From contig JAHCRE010000016.1 of NCBI GenBank assembly GCA_020148145.1, positions 164,827 to 228,826 of the forward strand: 64,000 bases of DNA, given 5' to 3'. The position numbers and the translations under genes are program-made. Origin of the DNA: Patescibacteria group bacterium. Lineage in GTDB: Bacteria > Patescibacteriota > Minisyncoccia > Minisyncoccales > JAHCRE01. A model generated the notes under the pieces. That model worked only from the letters and a program-made list of their open reading frames with translations. It was not told where the DNA came from and searched no databases. This document shows positions 45,961 to 57,008 of the stretch, piece by piece (the first letter of the stretch is position 1; every line of letters begins with the position of its first letter).

Positions 45961-47243
45961 CCCAAAGTTGCCTCAATGGTTTTTTCTTCACCATTCCTTA
46001 AAATCTTCAAAATCACTTTATCTCCAGGATTATATTTCATAATGATTTTGGCTAGAGAATTTTCAGGAGTAATTTTTTCATTGTTGAATTCTAAAAGAAT
46101 ATCATTTTCTTTTAAGCCAACTTCTTCAGCTGCTGAACCAGGGAAAATAGCTGGCTCTCCCCTTTCCCCTTTTTTAATCCAAACTCCATAATTTACTGGT
46201 AAATCATTTTCTCTCTGGATTCCATCGGTAATTAAAATGTATCTTATTCCCAAAAATGGATAGACAATTTTTCCCAAAGTTTTTACCTGTTCAATTGCCC
46301 TTTTTGCCTTATTTATTGGAACGGCAAAGCCAATATTTTCTGCTCCTAAGGCCATAGCCGTATTTATTCCAATTACCTCTCCTTTTAAATTCAAGAGTGG
46401 TCCCCCTGAATTTCCTTTATTAATAGCGGCATCAGTCTGAATTACATCTTCTAAAATCTCAACCAATCCCCCACCCGAAGCCGTAACTGTTCTTCCTAAT
46501 CCAGAGATTACTCCTACTGAAACAGTATTTTTAAATTCTCCTAAGGCATTACCAATAGCAATGACCGTTTGGCCAATTTGTAAATTTGAAGAATCATCAA
46601 GGCCAACCGTCGAGAAATCTCCTCCCTCAATTTTAATTATAGCCAAATCCTGTCCAGGATCTCTGGCTAAAACCTTAGCTTCAAAAGACCTTCCATCATT
46701 AGTCAAAACAGTATATTCTGCTTCTTTATCTTCAACCACATGTCGGTTTGTCAAAATCATTCCCTCTTCAGAAACAATAAAACCGCTCCCTCCGCCGATT
46801 TCTTTTTTCTCAATTCTTTGACGATACTGAGGAATCTGAAAGGGTTCTTCTTCAAAAGGTTTAATATAATATTTTTCAATTACGGGAAGATTCTTAGTAA
46901 TAACTATACTGACTACTGCCGAGGAAACCTCTTTTACCACCCCGATAATAGCCTGTTCTTGGTTTGTCTGAGGAAGATATTCCTTTTCTTTAACAATTTC
47001 CCTTTCGATTATTTTTGGTTCAGGTAATTCAACGTTTAATTTTTGGAAAAAATTCTTTATCTCAAGGTAAAAATGGCCAAGAGAGAAGATACCGGCCAAA
47101 AAACCAAAAAGGGAGGAGATAAAAATAATCAAAATCAAGAGCCAGAAAATTCGCTTCGCTCCCAAGGCCTTTGGCTGAGGTTCACTCAGGGTTTTTTTCT
47201 CCTCCTTAGGGCCTAAAAATTTTGAAGATTCAGAATTTAACAT
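45945..47243 (-). CDS. htrA: HtrA/DegP family serine protease with PDZ domain, N-terminal TM anchor
   Basis: TNRHVV (His), catalytic Asp region, GNSGGPLLN (Ser), and a C-terminal PDZ. Confidence 0.85.
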   Translation of the reverse strand: MLNSESSKFLGPKEEKKTLSEPQPKALGAKRIFWLLILIIFISSLFGFLAGIFSLGHFYLEIKNFFQKLNVELPEPKIIEREIVKEKEYLPQTNQEQAIIGVVKEVSSAVVSIVITKNLPVIEKYYIKPFEEEPFQIPQYRQRIEKKEIGGGSGFIVSEEGMILTNRHVVEDKEAEYTVLTNDGRSFEAKVLARDPGQDLAIIKIEGGDFSTVGLDDSSNLQIGQTVIAIGNALGEFKNTVSVGVISGLGRTVTASGGGLVEILEDVIQTDAAINKGNSGGPLLNLKGEVIGINTAMALGAENIGFAVPINKAKRAIEQVKTLGKIVYPFLGIRYILITDGIQRENDLPVNYGVWIKKGERGEPAIFPGSAAEEVGLKENDILLEFNNEKITPENSLAKIIMKYNPGDKVILKILRNGEEKTIEATLGERSE

Positions 47244-47304
47244 TTAATGTGAATTGTTTCTCTCGCTTTTTTAATATAATTTATTTAAAAAAAGGTAAAG
47301 AATC

Positions 47305-47676
47305 TCAAAAATATGGTAAAAAAATTAAAATCCCAATTATTAAAGCTCCTAGACAAGCCAATAAAACGGCGCCAGCTGAAATATCTTTAATTTCTTTTAT
47401 TTTTGGATTGTAATGAGGCATTAAAATATTTAAAACTTTTTCTATCTGAGTATTAATAAGTTCTAAGGCTAAAACTAAAGCAATCAGAGAAATTAAAATT
47501 TCTTTTTCAATCAAAGTGACTTTAAAATAAAACATTAAGAATATGATAAAAGAAGCAATAAAAACCATCATTTTAAAGGTTTGTTCCTTGAGAGCTAATT
47601 TCAATCCCAAAAAAGCTGTTTCTAGGCTATTTAATAATTTTTTGAAATCTAAAATTTTCATAATGCCCGAACTCAT
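47305..47676 (-). CDS. dgkA: Diacylglycerol/undecaprenol kinase (DgkA family)
   Basis: 123 aa, 3 TM, ELINTQIE (cf. ELLNTAIE). Confidence 0.65.
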   Translation of the reverse strand: MSSGIMKILDFKKLLNSLETAFLGLKLALKEQTFKMMVFIASFIIFLMFYFKVTLIEKEILISLIALVLALELINTQIEKVLNILMPHYNPKIKEIKDISAGAVLLACLGALIIGILIFLPYF

Positions 47677-48352
47677 ATTTAAAAATATCTTTTTTTATAT
47701 CACCAAAAATTATCATATAGAGCTCGGCTAAAACATATTTTAAATAAGTTTTTACCCAGCCATCTTCTTCAAATCTCCGCAAAGAACTAAAAATTTTTGT
47801 CGATCTTAAAATTCCAAATTTTCCAATTTTTTTTGCCCTTCTGACGAAATTGTGGTCTTCAGCAAACTTTATTTTTTCATCAAATCCTCCTAATTTCTGG
47901 TAAACATCTTTTTTGACTAAGATTGCTTGACTGGCGTGAGCTAGATTCTTTTCAAAAATTAAGATTGGCCAGTTATAAAAAATATTAAATAAAAATTTCT
48001 GAGTCTTTCTTTTAGATTGAGAGTCTAAACAGAGGGAGGCTATGTCTAAATTTCTTTCTCTGAATTCTTTTAATACCCTTTCAATAAACTTTTTCGGTAA
48101 AACAACATCGGCATCTAAAAATAAAAGTAAATCTCCCCGGGCAATTTTTGCTCCTTTATTTCTTCCAATAGCGGACAGTCCACCTTTAATAATTTTACAA
48201 CCATAAGCTTTAGCAATCTCTACTGTTTTATCTTTAGATTGAGCATCGGCAATGATTATCTCTAGGTTTTTAAAATTTTGGTCTTTAATAGACTCAAGCA
48301 ACAAGGGAAGAAATTTTTCTTCATTTAAAGTTGGAATGATAATTGAAAGCAT
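47627..48352 (-). CDS. Family 2 glycosyltransferase
   Basis: MLSIIIPTLNEEKFLPLLLESI...DADVV (DxD). Confidence 0.8.
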   Translation of the reverse strand: MLSIIIPTLNEEKFLPLLLESIKDQNFKNLEIIIADAQSKDKTVEIAKAYGCKIIKGGLSAIGRNKGAKIARGDLLLFLDADVVLPKKFIERVLKEFRERNLDIASLCLDSQSKRKTQKFLFNIFYNWPILIFEKNLAHASQAILVKKDVYQKLGGFDEKIKFAEDHNFVRRAKKIGKFGILRSTKIFSSLRRFEEDGWVKTYLKYVLAELYMIIFGDIKKDIFKYEFGHYENFRFQKIIK

Positions 48353-48355
48353 ATT

Positions 48356-49366
48356 TTATTGAATAAATAATTTTTTGGCTTCGTTCCAAATCTCTGGTCG
48401 GCTTTGTTTTACTTTCATCCAGTGCCACCATTCTCCTCCCCATAAATAAAACTTTTTTAAACCGGTTTTTTTAGCAAATTCAATATTCTTTTTAAATTGT
48501 TCTAAATTCATTGTCTTTTCTTGCTCTGAAATTGGTGAGTCATAAAGTAAAGCTGGCCCCCAGGGTTCAGCCTGAAGTTCAATACAAATTACATCTTTTT
48601 TGAATAATTTTTTAATAATCTGAGCCTTTCTCCAATAAAAAACTGGTGGGAAGGGATAGCGAATATAGATACCAACTTGGCGAAACCAGACTTTTTCATA
48701 CATGGTTGTACCAACAATATCGCCAAATATGGCTGCCTGAATCCAAAAAGAGCCTTCACCACTATCTGTAATAACAATTGGTCGATTTTTTGAATCAATT
48801 GATTTTACCAGATTTATTTCTTTTTTCAAAAATTTTTTATCAACCCAGGGGCAGTTTCCAAAGGGAAAAAAAGGTTCATTTTCTATCTGCCAAGCCCAAA
48901 TTGCCTCTGAATCTTTGTATCTCAAAACAGCTTTTTTAAGCATTCTCAAAATCTTCTCTTGTTGCTTTTCTTTACCTAAATTTACTGCCCATTCAGGGAT
49001 ATGACATTCTGGCCAGCGAGGGGTTTTCATACCAATTACTAAAAGAATTCTAACTTCTCTTTTTTCTGCCTCTTTAATTTGCCAATCTAAATCTTCGAAA
49101 TAAAATTTCCCATCTTCTGGTTCAATTAAATCCCAGTGAGCAGCCACTTTCAAGTCTTTAGTGCCCAAATCATCAATTAGGGCTGAATAAGTTTCTTTCC
49201 AATCTAAACCTAAATTTTTAGCGTGCTTTTGGGAAAAATTAACTCCCCAGGTTATTTCTTCTGCCACCGGGGCTGTACCAATAAAAAAATAGCCAAAAAA
49301 AATCAAAAGTAAAAATAGTAAAATTAATAAAATTCTTTTTAAAACTTTTTTAAAATCTAGCCCCAT
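48356..49366 (-). CDS. TM-anchored TIM-barrel glycoside hydrolase (GH5/GH113-like)
   Basis: WQIENEPF (catalytic NEP motif) and the conserved GWGEWWHW-type C-terminal region. Confidence 0.5.
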   Translation of the reverse strand: MGLDFKKVLKRILLILLFLLLIFFGYFFIGTAPVAEEITWGVNFSQKHAKNLGLDWKETYSALIDDLGTKDLKVAAHWDLIEPEDGKFYFEDLDWQIKEAEKREVRILLVIGMKTPRWPECHIPEWAVNLGKEKQQEKILRMLKKAVLRYKDSEAIWAWQIENEPFFPFGNCPWVDKKFLKKEINLVKSIDSKNRPIVITDSGEGSFWIQAAIFGDIVGTTMYEKVWFRQVGIYIRYPFPPVFYWRKAQIIKKLFKKDVICIELQAEPWGPALLYDSPISEQEKTMNLEQFKKNIEFAKKTGLKKFYLWGGEWWHWMKVKQSRPEIWNEAKKLFIQ

Positions 49367-49413
49367 ATTACCTATGGACCGCGATTTCTACGATCGTAGA
49401 AATCGCGGTCCCT

Positions 49414-50316
49414 TCAGAATTTAGCTAAAATTGCCAGACCAATTCCAATAAATAAAATTGCTAGGATTTTTTGGAAAAGAATTTTTCTTGAGACCTCTTC
49501 TTTCAAGATCTGAGGGAATTTTAAGGAGATTAAAATAGTAAATATTAACAAAAATATATATTTTGTTCCTTCTAAGGCATTAATAAAAGCAAGGAGCCCT
49601 ACGGGAACTAAAGCAATCGCCCAATTTTGTAAAGCAAAAGCTAAAGCTCCAGCGCCCTGGCTAGTAAGAAAAATCTCAGCAGTCTTTAGTTTAAAACTAG
49701 TTTGCTTCTGAAACAGTTCCTCCCTTACGTCCTTTGAGAAAAGAAAAACTAAGGCCGCCAAAAACCCTCCAATCCTCATCCAGATAAATCCTGACCAAAA
49801 TGGTTGTTGTAGATAAACGCGTTTAGTTAGAACAAAGGCTAAAGAAAATAAAAAGGCAGACACAGCAGAAATTTTAAAACTTTCCAAAGAAGCAGTTTTT
49901 CTCTTTTCCCGAGTGATAATTACGCTTCCTAAAATGAGCAGGATAAAAGACAGAAGTTCCCAAAAACCTGGAAATCCTTTTCCAGAAAAAAGATAGTTTA
50001 AAACAAAAACAAACAAGGGGCTCAACCCACCAATTGCTGGTACTACCCGGGATGCCTCAAAAAGAGTCAGGGCTTTACAAAACCAAAGAAGAGCCCAAAT
50101 AAAAATTGCCCCCGCTAAAAGGCTTACTAGGATTTGCGAGAAATTAGGAACTAAGAAACCCAAAGGAAAAAACAATAAGGCCAGAATTCCTAAAACTCCT
50201 GTATAAAATGAATAAACTTTGGGATTTGGAATAGGCCCTGCTAAAAGATACTTATCCATTACAGTAGCGATGGCCGAAAAAAGATAACCTAAAATAGCAA
50301 TAAAAATCCACAACAT
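49414..50316 (-). CDS. DMT-superfamily (EamA-like) permease
   Basis: 300 aa, about 10 TM helices in two repeated halves. Confidence 0.5.
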   Translation of the reverse strand: MLWIFIAILGYLFSAIATVMDKYLLAGPIPNPKVYSFYTGVLGILALLFFPLGFLVPNFSQILVSLLAGAIFIWALLWFCKALTLFEASRVVPAIGGLSPLFVFVLNYLFSGKGFPGFWELLSFILLILGSVIITREKRKTASLESFKISAVSAFLFSLAFVLTKRVYLQQPFWSGFIWMRIGGFLAALVFLFSKDVREELFQKQTSFKLKTAEIFLTSQGAGALAFALQNWAIALVPVGLLAFINALEGTKYIFLLIFTILISLKFPQILKEEVSRKILFQKILAILFIGIGLAILAKF

Positions 50317-50320
50317 AAAA

Positions 50321-51538
50321 TTAATTATTAAGGATTAAGGTGTTTTGTTTACAGATTTGGGCGTAATAGAAAGCTGAGGGACGAGGCTTACGTTCCAGGG
50401 TCCTGTAATCGATTTCAATTAAGCCAAATTTTGGTTCAAAACCTTTTTCCCACTCAAAATTATCCATTAAAGACCAGTGAAAATAGCCCCGAACATCAAT
50501 CCCTTCAGAAATCGCTCTATGAATCCAATATAAATGATCCCTAATAAAATCTTTCCTTAATCTATCTTCAGCATCGGCTAAGCCATTTTCAGTAATATAA
50601 ATCGGGAGATTGTATTTTTTCAATTCTTTTAGAACATGATAAATTCCTTGAGGATAAATCTGCCAACCAATGTCACTCAGTTTTATTTCACCTCTAGACT
50701 TGTTTGGAAATGAAATTCCGACTCTTTCCCGAGAATAATAATTTAAACCAATAAAATCTAAATGGTTTTTGATTCTATTCAAGAAAAAATAACTCCAAAA
50801 ATAACGATAAATTATAGCGTTGAATATGTCTAAAGGAGATTTAGGATTAAATGGTTGGAAATAATTATTATTTTTAGCTATCCCCATCCGAATATTCCTT
50901 TTTGATTTATGAAAAACTTCATAAACTTTCTTATGGCAGGCAATTTGATTCCTCACTACTTTTAAAAACAATATTGGATTTTTTTTCTTCGGGGGCCCGC
51001 CCTTAGGGCGAGGCTCGCCTTTTGGCAGTAAGCCAAAAGGTGGCCACCTTCCCTCCCAATAAGAAAGAGAAGTATAAACTAAGGGTTCATTAATTGTTAT
51101 CCAAAAATCAACTAAATCACGGTACTCATCAAAGACTCTTTTGGCAAATCTTGAGAAATGAAAAATGATTTTTGAGTTAGTCCAGCCTCCAATCCTTGCA
51201 AGCCACAGGGGATTGGTAAAATGATGTAAAGTTACCATTGTCTTGATATTCCTTTCTCTCAAGGCGAACAAAACTTTTTTGTAATGTTCAATTTCTTTTT
51301 TATTAAATTTCCCTTCTCTCGGTTCAACTCTTGACCACTCAATTGAAAAACGATAGGCATTCTGATTTAATTTTTTTATCAAATCAAAATCTTTTTCGTA
51401 AAGATTATAATGATCGCAGGCTCGGCCTGCCGGAAAATCTTTTGACCAATCACTATTTTCAATTCCACCTTCAACTTGATAGGCAGAAGTGGCTGTTGCC
51501 CAGAGAAAATTTTGGGGGAATTTTAGAATCTCTGTCAT
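50321..51538 (-). CDS. GH1 beta-glucosidase/beta-galactosidase
   Basis: FLWATATSAYQVEGG N-terminal signature and YITENG nucleophile motif; TLHHF...NEP acid/base region. Confidence 0.85.
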   Translation of the reverse strand: MTEILKFPQNFLWATATSAYQVEGGIENSDWSKDFPAGRACDHYNLYEKDFDLIKKLNQNAYRFSIEWSRVEPREGKFNKKEIEHYKKVLFALRERNIKTMVTLHHFTNPLWLARIGGWTNSKIIFHFSRFAKRVFDEYRDLVDFWITINEPLVYTSLSYWEGRWPPFGLLPKGEPRPKGGPPKKKNPILFLKVVRNQIACHKKVYEVFHKSKRNIRMGIAKNNNYFQPFNPKSPLDIFNAIIYRYFWSYFFLNRIKNHLDFIGLNYYSRERVGISFPNKSRGEIKLSDIGWQIYPQGIYHVLKELKKYNLPIYITENGLADAEDRLRKDFIRDHLYWIHRAISEGIDVRGYFHWSLMDNFEWEKGFEPKFGLIEIDYRTLERKPRPSAFYYAQICKQNTLILNN

Positions 51539-51557
51539 TGTATCTATAATACCACAT

Positions 51558-53045
51558 TCAATAATTTAAAAACTTTAGTTTTTGTTTCTGATTCAATCTG
51601 AAGGCAAAATAGCCTAAAATCAAATAAGAAATAAGAACAAAAATCCAGTGGACATTTTCTAAAGTCAAAGAGGTCCAAGGAATTTTGGAAAACCAATCTA
51701 TTATTTTTAAAATGTAAGTTACCAGAAGCCAGGCTGGCCAGGAAAGAACTTGAGCAAATTTCTGCCAGAAGATCCCAAAAAAAGAAAAAATAAATCCCAA
51801 AACAGTAATTTGAGGTATTAAAGGTAAAATTAAAATATTTGATAAGGGGGAAGTTATTGGAATTTTACCAAAACTGTAAATCAAAATTGGTAAGGTAAAA
51901 AGTTGGGCGGATAGGGTTGCAGCTAAATTATTTCTTAATTGGAGGAAATTCGGAATTTTTTTAAAAAAATCTAAGAAAATTGGTTGAAGATAAATTAAGC
52001 CCATTATTGCCAAAAAAGATAACTGAAATCCAACGTCTAACCTTAAAAGCAGGGGGTTTTGAACTAACATAATTGTTGCTGCTATCACTATTGCCCGAGA
52101 AGCTGAAGATAATCTTCCAAAATGTTGGGCTATTAATAAAAGACCGGCCATAATTCCTGCCCTAACTACTGAAGAAGGAGCACCAATCATTAAAATATAA
52201 AGAATTATTAAAATTATTGAAAAATAAAAAGCCTGCGATCTCCAAAGGCCGATTACTAAAAGAAAATTTAATAAAATAGCTGAAATTATCGTAATGTTCA
52301 TTCCTGAAACTGCTGTAATGTGGCGAGTACCAGTTGAATTTAATTTTTCTTTCCAATCTTCAGAAATGTTTCCTTCGTCGCCAAAAAATAAGGCCTCAAA
52401 AATTGCAGATTGAGGCTCCGGCATTACTTTATTTAAACTCTCTTTCAATTTATTTTTGAAAGAAATTAAAGACTTTTGTAAAAAATTTCCCTGATTTTTG
52501 GCAATTAATTCAATTTCTGGGAAATAAATTACTGCCAAAATACCATCTTTGGCTAAATAGTCTCTGTAGTTAAAACTTTCAAATACTGCCGGGGCTTTTA
52601 ATAAACCTCTAATTTTAATTTTGTCTCCGTATTGATATTCTGGATATTTTCCAGCAGTTACTAAGACCTTACCTATATCTGGCGGAGAACTGTTCTCCGC
52701 TATTGTTTTTTCTATTTTGATTGTTAATTTTGTGCTTTTTTCTCTTGTATCAGGTTCTTTTTCAATTAAACCAATTAAGGTAACTTCTTTCCCAATAAAA
52801 TTTTTAATTGGTGAATTCTCAATTTTTGATAAAACTCCTTGGTGTCGCCAAATTCCAAAAACAAAGAATAAAATACAAAAGCCTAAAACTACCAGTCTTT
52901 TATATTTCCAAAAGACTGAAATTAATAAAATTCCCAAAATTAAAAGGCTCAGCAAAATTAGCTGAGGTATAAATAAGATTGAATTAAGAAAAATCCCCCC
53001 AATAGAAGATAAACAAAAATAAAGAAGTATCTTAGATTTTGTCAT
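51558..53045 (-). CDS. comEC: DNA internalisation competence protein ComEC/Rec2 (membrane channel domain)
   Basis: DUF4131-like N-terminus plus competence domain GTRHITAVSGMNITII. Confidence 0.8.
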   Translation of the reverse strand: MTKSKILLYFCLSSIGGIFLNSILFIPQLILLSLLILGILLISVFWKYKRLVVLGFCILFFVFGIWRHQGVLSKIENSPIKNFIGKEVTLIGLIEKEPDTREKSTKLTIKIEKTIAENSSPPDIGKVLVTAGKYPEYQYGDKIKIRGLLKAPAVFESFNYRDYLAKDGILAVIYFPEIELIAKNQGNFLQKSLISFKNKLKESLNKVMPEPQSAIFEALFFGDEGNISEDWKEKLNSTGTRHITAVSGMNITIISAILLNFLLVIGLWRSQAFYFSIILIILYILMIGAPSSVVRAGIMAGLLLIAQHFGRLSSASRAIVIAATIMLVQNPLLLRLDVGFQLSFLAIMGLIYLQPIFLDFFKKIPNFLQLRNNLAATLSAQLFTLPILIYSFGKIPITSPLSNILILPLIPQITVLGFIFSFFGIFWQKFAQVLSWPAWLLVTYILKIIDWFSKIPWTSLTLENVHWIFVLISYLILGYFAFRLNQKQKLKFLNY

Positions 53046-53054
53046 AACAAAATC

Positions 53055-53750
53055 TTACCTTACTTGGCAAACTTCAAAAAAGGGGGCTATGGTATTGCAA
53101 ATCTTAATTATTTTTTCTTGAGAGTAGGGCTTTATTTTCTCGAATTTCGGGTCGATGGTCTTTTCTGGTCTAAAATTTTGCAAAAAATATTTTCTGGCTG
53201 GTTTAATCCATTTAAAAATTTTTAAGATATCTTCTTTTTTATGGAGAGCAGGAACTACTGTTGTTCTAAATTCATAATCTACTTTTCCTTCTTTTAAAAT
53301 CTCAATGCTTTTTTCAATATTTTTAATATTCACTTTCCCTCCAGCAACTTTATTGTACTTTTCTTTTGGGGCCTTAACATCCATAGCCACATAATCAATC
53401 AACCCTTTATTTATTAGGTTTTTCAATATTCTGGGATTTGAACCATTAGTATCAAGTTTAACAAGATAACCTAACTTTTTTATTTTTTTTATAAAGTTTG
53501 GTAATTCTTTATTAATGGTCGGCTCACCACCACAAATAACAACCCCTTCAAGTAAGCTTTTTCTCTCTTTCAAAAATTTAAAAAATTCTTTTTGAGAAAT
53601 TCCCGGTTGTTTTTTAATTTTCTCTGGCAAAACCAATTCCGAGGAATAGCACCAGGGACATTTAAAATCACATCCGGTTAAAAAAACGGTGCAAGAAATT
53701 TTGCCCGGATAGTCTATCAAAGTTAGCTTTTGAAGACCACCTATTTCCAT
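53055..53750 (-). CDS. nrdG: Anaerobic ribonucleoside-triphosphate reductase activating protein (radical SAM)
   Basis: CDFKCPWCYS (CxxxCxxC) radical-SAM cluster motif; adjacent to nrdD. Confidence 0.85.
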   Translation of the reverse strand: MEIGGLQKLTLIDYPGKISCTVFLTGCDFKCPWCYSSELVLPEKIKKQPGISQKEFFKFLKERKSLLEGVVICGGEPTINKELPNFIKKIKKLGYLVKLDTNGSNPRILKNLINKGLIDYVAMDVKAPKEKYNKVAGGKVNIKNIEKSIEILKEGKVDYEFRTTVVPALHKKEDILKIFKWIKPARKYFLQNFRPEKTIDPKFEKIKPYSQEKIIKICNTIAPFFEVCQVR

Positions 53751-53754
53751 AAAA

Positions 53755-55878
53755 TTATTTTACTACTACTGCTTTTGATAATTTAAATTTCTTTCTTTGT
53801 TTAAATTCTTGTTTTTTGCCAAGGTTCCATTGCTGGACTGGCCTTAAATAACCAACGACTCTTGAATAAACCTCACAGGGTTGCTTAATTGTACACCTTG
53901 GACAGAAAAATTTCTCTCCTTCTAAATAGCCATGGACAGGACAAATGGAAAAAGTAGGAGTTAAAGTAATATAGGGTAATTGAAATTTTTCAAATATTTT
54001 TTTAATCAAGTTTTTAACCGTTTGAATGTCAGAGACCCTTTCACCCAAAAAGAGGTGTAAAACCGTGCCCCCACTGTACTTACATTGTAATTCATTTTGA
54101 AGTTTCAAAGCCTCGAAAATGTCATTGGTGTAGTTAACTGGTAACTGGGAACTATTAGTATAATATGGAGTTTTTTTTACTCCAGCAGTAATTATATCTG
54201 GATATTTTTCTTTATCTTTTAAGGCTAAACGATAGGCAGTTGATTCTGCCGGAGTAGCCTCTAAGTTATATAAATTTTCAGTTTCTTTTTGATATTTAAC
54301 CAGTCTTTTTCTCATAAAATCTAAAACTTCAATTGCAAATCTTCTTCCTCGGCGAGAACCAGTATTTTCCCCAATAAAATTCAAAAGAGCCTCATTCATT
54401 CCAACTAAGCCGATAGTTGAAAAGTGGTTTCCATAATATTGATTCCTCATTTTTTTAGTAGATTGCAGGTAATAACGGGAGTAAGGATAAAGACCTTTTT
54501 CCATAAAGTTTTCCAAGGTCTTTCTTTTGATTTCCAAACTTTCTTTGGCTAAATCCATAATTTTTGTTAATCTCTCAAAAAATTCCTTTTTGGTCTTGGA
54601 TAAATAACCTATTCTAGAAAGATTAATAGTCACTACCCCAATACTGCCGGTTAAAGCCCCACTTCCAAATAGTCCTCCTCCGCCCCGGTTATAAAGTTCA
54701 CGTTTGTCGAGACGAAGTCGGCAACACATTGAGCGAGTGTCCTCTGGTTTCATTTCAGAATTAATATAATTTGCGAAATAATTTATTCCATATTTCGCCG
54801 AGGCTTCAAAAAGAGAATCCAAGGCCGGATTATCCCAATCGAAATCTCTGGTGATATTGACAGTTGGAATTGGGAAATGGAAGGGTCTTCCCTTAGCATC
54901 ACCCTCCATCATACATTCGTAAAGGGCCTGATTTAGCATATCTATTTCTTCTTGAAATTCACCGTAAGTTTCTTCCTGAGGTTTTCCACCAATAATGACC
55001 GGCTGTTTAGCAAAATTTGCTGAAGGCTTAACGTCAACAGTTATATTAGTAAAAGGACATTGAAAACCCACCCGGGTGGGAATGGCACAGTTATATAAAA
55101 ACTCCTGAAGCTTTTGCTTCACCTGACGGTAGTTTAATCTATCATATCGGATAAAAGGAGCAAGCAATGTAGAGAATTCACTTACAGCTTGGGCACCTGC
55201 TGATTCGCCTTGTAAAGTATAAAAGAAATTTACCAGCTGCCCTAAGGCTGTTCCAAAATGTTTGGGAGGCCTTGCTTCTACTTTAGTTGGTACTCCACTA
55301 AAACCTTTTAATAATAAATCATAAAGATCCCAACCGTTGCAGTAGGTTGCCAAAGTATCTAAGTTATGAATATGAAAATCGCCCGACTCTAATGCCTTCC
55401 TGATTTCTTCTGGATAAATTTTGTTTAGCCAATATTTTTTAATAATCATCGAAACCCCATAATGATTCAGGCCTTGCAAAGAATAGGCCATATTAGCGTT
55501 TTCATGAACCTGCCAATCTATTTCCCCAATATATTGATCGAGTCTTTCTACTGTCTCCTCAGTTATCGTCACTGCCTCTCTTATCCTTCTTCTTTGCTCT
55601 CGATATAAAATAAAGGCCTTGGCAGTTTCTACCAGGCCTTCTAAAATTAAAACCTCTTCAACAATATCCTGGATTTGCTCAACATGAGGAATTTCCTCTT
55701 TTTTAAATCTCCGATTTAAAATTTTAACTACTTTATTGGAAAGTTTTTTTGCTCTTTTTCCATCGCCTTTACCGGTAGCCGTTAAAGCCTTGAAAAGGAC
55801 ATCAATAATCCGTGTCTCATTAAAATCAACAGTTGTCCCATCCCTCCTTTGAACTTTTGTAATCTTATTTCCGAACAT
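53755..55878 (-). CDS. nrdD: Anaerobic (class III) ribonucleoside-triphosphate reductase
   Basis: N-terminal ATP-cone, C-terminal Zn-ribbon CPVHGYLEGEKFFCPRC and glycyl-radical motif RVVGYL. Confidence 0.9.
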   Translation of the reverse strand: MFGNKITKVQRRDGTTVDFNETRIIDVLFKALTATGKGDGKRAKKLSNKVVKILNRRFKKEEIPHVEQIQDIVEEVLILEGLVETAKAFILYREQRRRIREAVTITEETVERLDQYIGEIDWQVHENANMAYSLQGLNHYGVSMIIKKYWLNKIYPEEIRKALESGDFHIHNLDTLATYCNGWDLYDLLLKGFSGVPTKVEARPPKHFGTALGQLVNFFYTLQGESAGAQAVSEFSTLLAPFIRYDRLNYRQVKQKLQEFLYNCAIPTRVGFQCPFTNITVDVKPSANFAKQPVIIGGKPQEETYGEFQEEIDMLNQALYECMMEGDAKGRPFHFPIPTVNITRDFDWDNPALDSLFEASAKYGINYFANYINSEMKPEDTRSMCCRLRLDKRELYNRGGGGLFGSGALTGSIGVVTINLSRIGYLSKTKKEFFERLTKIMDLAKESLEIKRKTLENFMEKGLYPYSRYYLQSTKKMRNQYYGNHFSTIGLVGMNEALLNFIGENTGSRRGRRFAIEVLDFMRKRLVKYQKETENLYNLEATPAESTAYRLALKDKEKYPDIITAGVKKTPYYTNSSQLPVNYTNDIFEALKLQNELQCKYSGGTVLHLFLGERVSDIQTVKNLIKKIFEKFQLPYITLTPTFSICPVHGYLEGEKFFCPRCTIKQPCEVYSRVVGYLRPVQQWNLGKKQEFKQRKKFKLSKAVVVK

Positions 55879-56075
55879 GGTGAGAAATCAAGGTTCTTGC
55901 TAGAGGCAAGGTTCTTATTTTTCAGTACATTTATATGATAAAAAATCTTTGTTTTAAAAGATTATTTCATTTTATGCTAATAAAAAAAGCTCGTCAATCA
56001 AAAGCTAAGGCTAAAATCTGTGGAAAACTCATCGGGTCGAATGACCCGATGCCCAGTCGGATAACTGGGTATTTT

Positions 56076-57008
56076 TTAGAACCCAGTAGCAATAACTGTT
56101 ACTTTTACTTCTCCTTTTCTTAGTTTTTCATTCTGAACTGCTCCAAAAATTACTTTAGCCCCAGGGGAAATTTCCTGGGTAATGATCTTGGCCACTTCGT
56201 CTATCTCAGAAAGGCTAATATCTCGACCCCCTGAGACATTAAATAAAATTCCCTTTGCTCCTTTACAAGATTTATCAAGTAAAGGAGAATTAATGGCTCT
56301 CAAAACTGCCTCTTGAGCCCGTTTTTTCCCCCGAGCCCTTCCTATTCCGAAGAGGGCGGAGCCAGAATTTTCCATGATTTCTTTAACATCGGCGAAATCA
56401 ACATTAATAATTCCGGGAAGTAAAATTAAATCAGAAATTGCCTGAACAGCTTGTCTTAAAATCTCATCGCAAGTCCAAAAAGCTGAGACTAGAGGTATTT
56501 CGGGGTCTAAAATTGAAAGTAGTTTATCATTAGAAATGGAAATTAAGCTATCGACTTTTTCTTTTAGTATCAGAACTCCTTGCTCGGCAATCTTCTGTCT
56601 CACTTTCCCTTCAAAAGAAAATGGTTTGGTCACTATGGCCACTGTCAAGGCTCCAAGATCCTTTGCTATTTTGGCAACAATCGGGGAAGCGCCTGTACAA
56701 GTTCCACCGCCCAGACCCCCGGTAACAAAAACCATGTCTGAATCTTTTAAAATTTTAGAAATCTCCTCTTTTTGTTCCTCAGCCGCCGCTCTACCAATCT
56801 CTGGATTCATCCCTGCACCTAGCCCTCTGGTCAAATCTTTACCAATTCGAAGTTTAAAGTGGGCTCGAGTTTTTCTAAGATCCTGGGCATCAGTATTTAT
56901 AGCAATTAAATCTACTCCCCGAATTTTACACTTCATCATTCGGGATATGGCATTTGAGCCTGAGCCACCTACCCCTATAACTTTTATTTTTGTAAGACTT
57001 TTTTTCAT
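56076..57008 (-). CDS. ftsZ: Cell-division GTPase FtsZ (short, no extended C-terminal tail)
   Basis: GVGGSGSNAI (tubulin signature variant) and GGGTCTGASPIVA; 310 aa. Confidence 0.85.
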   Translation of the reverse strand: MKKSLTKIKVIGVGGSGSNAISRMMKCKIRGVDLIAINTDAQDLRKTRAHFKLRIGKDLTRGLGAGMNPEIGRAAAEEQKEEISKILKDSDMVFVTGGLGGGTCTGASPIVAKIAKDLGALTVAIVTKPFSFEGKVRQKIAEQGVLILKEKVDSLISISNDKLLSILDPEIPLVSAFWTCDEILRQAVQAISDLILLPGIINVDFADVKEIMENSGSALFGIGRARGKKRAQEAVLRAINSPLLDKSCKGAKGILFNVSGGRDISLSEIDEVAKIITQEISPGAKVIFGAVQNEKLRKGEVKVTVIATGF